DNA of 64,000 nt. It comes from an uncultured Gammaproteobacteria bacterium. GTDB taxonomy: Bacteria > Patescibacteriota > Patescibacteriia > UBA1558 > S5-K13. Of this stretch, positions 58,118 to 64,000 are shown piece after piece; position 1 is the first letter of the stretch; the number at the start of each line of letters is the position of its first letter. Location: assembly GCA_964640635.1 (NCBI GenBank), contig CAZXFD010000003.1, forward strand, positions 1,149 through 65,148, read 5' to 3'. The position numbers and the translations under genes are program-made. The notes beneath the pieces are model-generated. The model was given only the letters and a program-made list of their open reading frames with translations. It had not been told where the DNA came from and searched no databases.

Positions 58118-61100
58118 TTATATTGCCCCTGGTTCTATTATTCCAGACTCTTCCATTGTTTTAAGCTCTTCTTTTACACCAAGCTCGTCTTTGATATCTG
58201 TCTCTTCTATTTTTATTACTTCTTCTTCAGGGATTATTATCTCTTCTTCAATAAAATCCATCTTACGATTTTCTTTATCAAGCATCTCAACATTTATGCC
58301 AAGAGCCTTTAACTCACTCATCAAAACGTTAAAACTTTCAGGGATGTTTATCTTATCTATTTCTTCTCCCTTTATAATAGCTTCGTAAGCTTTGCTTCTT
58401 CCGTTTATATCGTCTGATTTAATAGTAAGCATTTCTTGAAGAGTATGAGCAGCACCATAAGCTTCAAGTGCCCAAACTTCCATCTCTCCAAAACGTTGTC
58501 CACCAAACTGAGCTTTACCTCCAAGAGGTTGCTGAGTAATAAGTGAGTATGGACCAATAGATCTTTGATGAATCTTGTCTTCTACCAAATGGTTTAATTT
58601 CAAGAAATATGTAATTCCAACTGTTGTCTTATTATCAAATGGTTCACCTGTTCTTCCATCAAACAATTGTACTTTTCCATTTTCAGGATATCCTGCTTTT
58701 ACAAGCTCTGCTCTTATCTGTTCTATATCAACTCCGTTTAGTGTAGGAGAAGCAACTGTATAACCCAATGTTTTTGCAGCAAGACCAAGATGAGTTTCAA
58801 GAACCTGACCCAAGTTCATACGAGATATGATACCAAGTGGATTCAAAATGATATCGACCGGAGTTCCATCTTGCATAAATGGCATATCTTCTTCTGGAAT
58901 TATTCTTGAAATAACACCTTTGTTTCCATGACGTCCTGCCATTTTATCTCCGACCTGTATCTTTCTAAGTTGAGCGACACTTATTTGAATTGTTCTAATG
59001 ACTCCTGCTTGAAGTTTGTCTCCATTTTTTCTTGTAAAAAATTTCATATCAACAACTTTTCCGTGTTCTCCGTGTTCCAAATAAAGTGATGAATCTTTTA
59101 CGTCTTTTGCTTTTTCACCAAAGATAGCGCGAAGAAGTTTTTCTTCTGCTGATAATTCTGTTTCACCTTTTGGAGTAATTTTTCCAACCAAGATATCTCC
59201 AGATTTTACAGTTGCTCCTATTCTTATAATTCCATCTTTGTCTAAATCTTTTAATCTTTCTTCTCCAATGTTTGGAATATCACGAGTAATCACCTCAGGT
59301 CCAAGTTTTGTGTCACGCACTTCTATTGAATAATTTTCTATATGAATTGAAGTATATACATCGTCTTTTACAAATCTTTCTGAAATCAATATAGCATCTT
59401 CATAGTTTCCACCTTCCCAAGGCATATATGCAACCAAGATATTTCTACCTAGTGCAAGTTCTCCATTATCAATGGCAGCACCGTCAGCAATAACATCTCC
59501 CTTTTTAATTTTTTCACCTTTATCAACTATAGGATGCTGGTTCATACAAGTTGAAGCATTTGAACGGATAAATTTTGAAAGATTATATGTATGATCTTTT
59601 CCATTTTTATCTCTTATTATAATTTCATTTCCAGAAACACTAACCACTTCTCCATCTTCTTTTGACCTTACAAGTTGTCCACTATCTTCTGCGGCACGAC
59701 CCTCAACACCAGTTCCAATAATAGGAGCTTCTGGCTTTACAAGAGATACTGCTTGTCTTTGCATGTTTGATCCCATAAGAGCACGAACGGCATCATCATG
59801 TTCTAAAAAAGGAATAAGTGAAGTTGAAATACTAATAATTTGATTTGGAGCTACATCCATATAGTCAATTTTTTCAACATCATCAAATGTAGGCTGACCA
59901 TGAACTCTCATTTCTGCTTGAGGATTTTTGAATCTTCCATTTGCTTCATCAACTGGTGTTGTAGCAGCAGTAGTAACTTTTCTTTCTTCTTCAAAAGCAT
60001 CTAAATATATAATTTCATTTGTCACAAAAGGAACAATAGGAACTGTTTTAATTTCAATATTCTTTGCTAATTCTTTTGCTATTTTTTCATCAATTACTGT
60101 ATTTTCCTTTAAAATTACTTTGTTTGTTTTTGGATCAATAACATCAATTCTTGTTATATGTCCTTTTGTAATTTCAGCCTTATTTTCTATGTCATGCATT
60201 ACTTTTCTATAAGGAGTCTCTAAGAATCCATATTCATTTATTCTTGCATATGACGCTAAGTGTCCTACAAGACCAATATTTGGTCCTTCTGGTGTTGCAA
60301 TAGGACAAATTCTTCCATAGTGACTACGATGTACATCGCGCACTTCAAATCCAGCTCTTTCTCTTGAAAGTCCTCCAGGTCCAAGTGCTGACAATCTTCT
60401 CTTATGCTCAAGTTCTGCCAATGGATTAGTCTGATCCATGAATTGTGACAACTGAGAACTCATAAAAAATTCTTTTATTGTTCCTATAACTGGTTTTGCA
60501 TTTATAAGTAAGTTTGGTGTAATAGAGGTAACATCTCCTGTAGACATTCTGTCTTTTACTATTCTCTCCATACGAGCCAAACCAATTCTAAATCTATTTT
60601 GAATTAATTCACCAACTGCTCTTACACGTCTATTTCCCAAATGATCAATATCATCAGCTGCTTCTTGATTTAGGTTCAATTTTATAATTTCTTTTATAAC
60701 ATCAATAAGATCTTCTTTCTTGATTGTTCTATGTTCATTTGTAATAGGATAATCTCTACCAAATCTCTTGTTTAATTTATATCTTCCTACGTTTGCAAGG
60801 TCATATCTATTAAAATCAAAAAACATTGCAAAGATAAGTGACTTTACATTTTCTGCAGTTGCTAAATCCCCTGGTCTTATTCTTCTATAAACTTCTATGA
60901 GACCTTCATTTTGATTATGAGCAGCATCTTTTTCAATGGTATTTTTTATAAAACTTACCTCTGGATGATTATCTACATCTTTAAATAAATTTATCAATTC
61001 CTCATCTGTTTCATATCCAAAAGCACGAAGCAAAGATGTAACAGCTACTTTTCTTTTTCTATCAATAGATACATATAAAACTTTTTTCTTTGGATCTGTT

Positions 61101-61597
61101 TCTATTTCAAGCCAAGCACCACGATTTGGAATAATTTTTGCTCCATAATAATTTCTTCCAATAAAAGTTTGTGATGTAAAAAATACTCCTGCACTTCTTA
61201 CAAGTTGTGATACGACAACACGCTCAACTCCATTTATAATAAAAGTTCCTTTATCAGTCATTAGTGGGAAATCACCAAGATAAATTTCTTGTTCTCTTGA
61301 AATATTATTTCTTTTATTTACAAGTTTTGCGTTTATTCTAAGCGGTGCTTCATAAGTTGTATTTCTTTCTCTTGCATAAATTTCATCAAACTTAGGTTCT
61401 TCTAATCTATAATCCAAAAATGAAAGCTCTAAATCACGTCCTGAAAAATCCTTAATAGGAGAAATCTCTTCAAATAATTCTTTTAACCCTTTTTCAAAAA
61501 ACCATTTGTAAGAATCCTTTTGTACTTCTATAAGATCTAATAGTGGTAAAGCTTCTTTGACATCTGAAAAATATTTTCTGTTATTTTTCTTTGGCAT
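58118..61597 (-). CDS. rpoB: RNA polymerase beta subunit
   Basis: [30 protein letters not shown]. Confidence 0.99.
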   Translation of the reverse strand: MPKKNNRKYFSDVKEALPLLDLIEVQKDSYKWFFEKGLKELFEEISPIKDFSGRDLELSFLDYRLEEPKFDEIYARERNTTYEAPLRINAKLVNKRNNISREQEIYLGDFPLMTDKGTFIINGVERVVVSQLVRSAGVFFTSQTFIGRNYYGAKIIPNRGAWLEIETDPKKKVLYVSIDRKRKVAVTSLLRAFGYETDEELINLFKDVDNHPEVSFIKNTIEKDAAHNQNEGLIEVYRRIRPGDLATAENVKSLIFAMFFDFNRYDLANVGRYKLNKRFGRDYPITNEHRTIKKEDLIDVIKEIIKLNLNQEAADDIDHLGNRRVRAVGELIQNRFRIGLARMERIVKDRMSTGDVTSITPNLLINAKPVIGTIKEFFMSSQLSQFMDQTNPLAELEHKRRLSALGPGGLSRERAGFEVRDVHRSHYGRICPIATPEGPNIGLVGHLASYARINEYGFLETPYRKVMHDIENKAEITKGHITRIDVIDPKTNKVILKENTVIDEKIAKELAKNIEIKTVPIVPFVTNEIIYLDAFEEERKVTTAATTPVDEANGRFKNPQAEMRVHGQPTFDDVEKIDYMDVAPNQIISISTSLIPFLEHDDAVRALMGSNMQRQAVSLVKPEAPIIGTGVEGRAAEDSGQLVRSKEDGEVVSVSGNEIIIRDKNGKDHTYNLSKFIRSNASTCMNQHPIVDKGEKIKKGDVIADGAAIDNGELALGRNILVAYMPWEGGNYEDAILISERFVKDDVYTSIHIENYSIEVRDTKLGPEVITRDIPNIGEERLKDLDKDGIIRIGATVKSGDILVGKITPKGETELSAEEKLLRAIFGEKAKDVKDSSLYLEHGEHGKVVDMKFFTRKNGDKLQAGVIRTIQISVAQLRKIQVGDKMAGRHGNKGVISRIIPEEDMPFMQDGTPVDIILNPLGIISRMNLGQVLETHLGLAAKTLGYTVASPTLNGVDIEQIRAELVKAGYPENGKVQLFDGRTGEPFDNKTTVGITYFLKLNHLVEDKIHQRSIGPYSLITQQPLGGKAQFGGQRFGEMEVWALEAYGAAHTLQEMLTIKSDDINGRSKAYEAIIKGEEIDKINIPESFNVLMSELKALGINVEMLDKENRKMDFIEEEIIIPEEEVIKIEETDIKDELGVKEELKTMEESGIIEPGAI

Positions 61598-62081
61598 ATT
61601 ATTTAGTTGGTTAGTTTGTTGGCTTATTGATTGATTGAAAAATTATAGTATATCTCAATCAATTTGCTTATTAACTAATATTAATTTATCTTATTTTATT
61701 TAAAATGATTTCAAAATTTTGTTTAACAAAAAATACCCATCTTAATCGAAATGAATCAACTTAGTTATGGGTATTTATATTTTGTAAGTTACGGTTAAAC
61801 ATTTTTTTATGCTATAATGTTAAAGGTATTCTTTTGAATCTGTGGAAAACTTCCTTATAAGGAAAGAATTCTAGACCAAAATTATACAAAGTTCATTAAA
61901 AAACGCCCTTTAAATCTATAAAAGGACTTCTCATATACTCTTTTTTCAAGATATTTTTGAGTTTTTCTATTGAATTTCTAGAAAAATAGCTTATTTTACG
62001 AAAAAAAACCCTTTCCCTTTCCGTAAGAGAACTTGCCAAAACCTAAGTTTTTTTATATAGTAATAGTCATTAACATACAGA

Positions 62082-62109
62082 ATTATAGCATCTGTATTTT
62101 TTTTGTCAA
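62082..62109 (-). promoter_or_regulatory. Probable rpoBC promoter, ~480 nt upstream of the start codon
   Basis: Minus strand TTGACA...TGcTATAAT. Confidence 0.6.
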
Positions 62110-62141
62110 GAAAAATAAGTATAAAATAAAAAGCGGATACA

Positions 62142-62456
62142 CTAATACCCGCTAATCATTGTTTTTGATCTAATTAACTTCCTTTTTCTCGGGTTTTTCA
62201 GAGCACAAACTGCAATAGCTCTATTAATTTGTTTGCGTATTTCAATTTCATCGTTGATAAGACCTATATTTTTAGTAGCCCTATCTTGAGTTTTTTCCAA
62301 AAATCTAACTGCTGCCAATTCACCAGATTTTATACTTATTGATCTTATTTCTCTTAATTCTGATGTAGCAGATTCGAGATCTTTTTGTTGTTGATGTAAA
62401 AATTCTAATAAATCTTCTTTACTCAATTCGCCAAATGGTCTTTGTGATTCACACAT
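62142..62456 (-). CDS. Hypothetical coiled-coil protein, stand-alone unit
   Basis: AGGAGGT SD; TTGACA-N16-TAAGAT promoter. Confidence 0.65.
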   Translation of the reverse strand: MCESQRPFGELSKEDLLEFLHQQQKDLESATSELREIRSISIKSGELAAVRFLEKTQDRATKNIGLINDEIEIRKQINRAIAVCALKNPRKRKLIRSKTMISGY

Positions 62457-62516
62457 TTTAACCTCCTATTATTTTATATTTTAAATATCTTATCATTAAA
62501 AGAATAATTGTCAAAT

Positions 62517-62605
62517 AAAAAAAATCAGTGTTCGAGTATATCGAGAACCTGATTTTTTTATTGACTTCAGCTTCTCGACTCCACTGCATTCCGCTCGAAG
62601 ACTGA
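62517..62605. repeat. REP-like double-hairpin element, copy 2
   Basis: Near-identical to 46094-46204. Confidence 0.85.
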
Positions 62606-62643
62606 TAATTCTACATTCTAAACACTAACAACTAAATACCAAC

Positions 62644-63747
62644 CTACTGTTTAATAGGCATTATAATATAAACAAAATTCTCATCTTTTTTTGATTTGAG
62701 TATTCCAGCACTTTTATTATCTATCAACTCTAATATCGCATTGTCATTTTCTATATTATTAAGTCCATCTAGTAAATATTTATAGTTAAATACTACATCA
62801 TTATCAACACCTGTGATCTTTGCAGTAATTACTGTAATATTTTCTCCTATTTGATCACTTGTTGAAGAAATTACTAACTCACTTTTTTCTGCAACTAAAT
62901 TGAGTTTTATATCATTTATTCCTGGTTTACAAAAAAGTGATGTTCTCTTTATTGCACTTACAAATTCATAAACATCTATTTCTGCTTTTGTATTTGTTTC
63001 TTTTGGAATAATTTGTTTATAATCAGGATAATTTCCATCAATAAGACGTGATACTATTTCAATATTTCCTATTTCAAACAAAATTTGATTTTCTTCTACA
63101 AAAAATTTAATTTCATCTTCTTGAAAATCGCTAAGTATTCTAACAAGTTCTGAAATTGTCTCTACTGGAACAATAAGACTTGAATCAGAGGAAGTTTTTG
63201 AGATATGAACTATTTTCTCTGAGAGTCTATAACTATCAGTTCCAACTAACGTAAGCTTGTCTCCTACTATATTGAAAAATACCCCTGATATCTCTGGTCT
63301 ATTTGTATCAATATAAACTGGGAAATTAGCTTTCTTTAATCCATTTTTAATTTCAACAGCTTCAATAGTATATTCTTTTTGCTTTTCTATTGTAGGAAGA
63401 AGTGGAAATTCATCATGACTCATTGTATTTATGGAAGTCTTGTCATTTGCGCATTCTACTTTTAATACATTATCTTTTGTTTCAAGAGTAATATTTCCTT
63501 TTGGAAGTAAGTTTATAAAATCTGTAATAAGTTTTGCTGGCACTGTGCATTTTCCATCACGCTCTATCTTTCCTCTTATCTTACAATTGATACCAATTTC
63601 TAAATTTGTTGTGGTAAATGTTATTTGTCCATCGCTAGCTTCAATTAGTACATTATTAAGTATTGGTAGATTAATATTCTTACCAGCTAAATGACTTACT
63701 ATTTGTAATCCTTTTATTAAGTTCTCTTGTAAGCAAACTATTTTCAT
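62644..63747 (-). CDS. dnaN: DNA polymerase III beta clamp
   Basis: LPILNNVLI, TNLEIGI, TDSYRL, SRLIDGNYPDY, IIMPI. Confidence 0.97.
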   Translation of the reverse strand: MKIVCLQENLIKGLQIVSHLAGKNINLPILNNVLIEASDGQITFTTTNLEIGINCKIRGKIERDGKCTVPAKLITDFINLLPKGNITLETKDNVLKVECANDKTSINTMSHDEFPLLPTIEKQKEYTIEAVEIKNGLKKANFPVYIDTNRPEISGVFFNIVGDKLTLVGTDSYRLSEKIVHISKTSSDSSLIVPVETISELVRILSDFQEDEIKFFVEENQILFEIGNIEIVSRLIDGNYPDYKQIIPKETNTKAEIDVYEFVSAIKRTSLFCKPGINDIKLNLVAEKSELVISSTSDQIGENITVITAKITGVDNDVVFNYKYLLDGLNNIENDNAILELIDNKSAGILKSKKDENFVYIIMPIKQ

Positions 63748-63769
63748 ATTTTTATTTATCCCCTTTAAA

Positions 63770-64000
63770 AGGAATCTAATTATTTATTATTCTTTTATAT
63801 ATATAAATTAATAATTATAATAAGTGTTGTGAATTTAGTTGATAAGTATTAATTTTCTCTTGTATGAGGCAAAAAATTGATTTTATAACATGTGCTCTGT
63901 GATAGGTATATTTCTGTGTATAAGTGAGTGATTTATTATTTTCTTATTTTATCCTCTTTTATACACAGGGTTATTCACATAGGTTAGTTAACTAGTTACG
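63770..64000. other. Probable replication origin (oriC), partial
   Basis: AT-rich tract 63775-63822; DnaA boxes TGTGTATAA 63915, TTATACACA 63959, TTATTCACA 63971; upstream of dnaN; gene orientation points away from it. Confidence 0.75.

Noticed and set aside
8783-63694. Many short ORFs overlapping long genes (e.g. 10462, 10884, 37799, 51790, 59928)
   Set aside because: Shadow frames of well-supported genes
1-64000. CRISPR array, rRNA genes, prophage, full-length transposase or reverse transcriptase
   Set aside because: No regularly spaced repeats and no such coding motifs were seen

Overview
Low-GC bacterial chromosome segment, most consistent with a Patescibacteria/CPR (Parcubacteria/ABY1-like) genome; this placement is inferred from gene content and the SD-less, AT-rich starts of core genes. 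The right end holds dnaN and a DnaA-box/AT-rich region (probable oriC), and most genes run on the minus strand away from it. Core genes: purA (partial), rpsT, holA, polA, uvrA, rnhB, gdhA, trxA, a UvrD/PcrA helicase, corA, recA, ftsK, rpoBC, dnaN and tRNA-Ser(CGA). Envelope and glycosylation genes are interspersed, and an accessory gene array (~29-41 kb) lies downstream of tRNA-Ser. Main unexplained signals: (1) a ~490-nt promoter-to-terminator unit (26780-27272) that folds by eye into a multi-domain RNA with up to three pseudoknots and lacks tmRNA and RNase P hallmarks; (2) two classes of translation start, with SD-less core genes versus stand-alone orphan or foreign-looking genes carrying a strong GGAGG, plus a ~195-nt candidate sRNA displaying anti-SD CCUCCU motifs; (3) a cysteine desulfurase-DUF4395-Cys-rich hybrid kinase operon; (4) a 1.45-kb tRNA-targeted islet with terminal inverted repeats and no integrase; (5) ADP-ribosyltransferase-like candidate effectors; (6) several families of intergenic repeats. 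All family calls are by motif recognition and all RNA structures are manual; no searches or folding programs were run.
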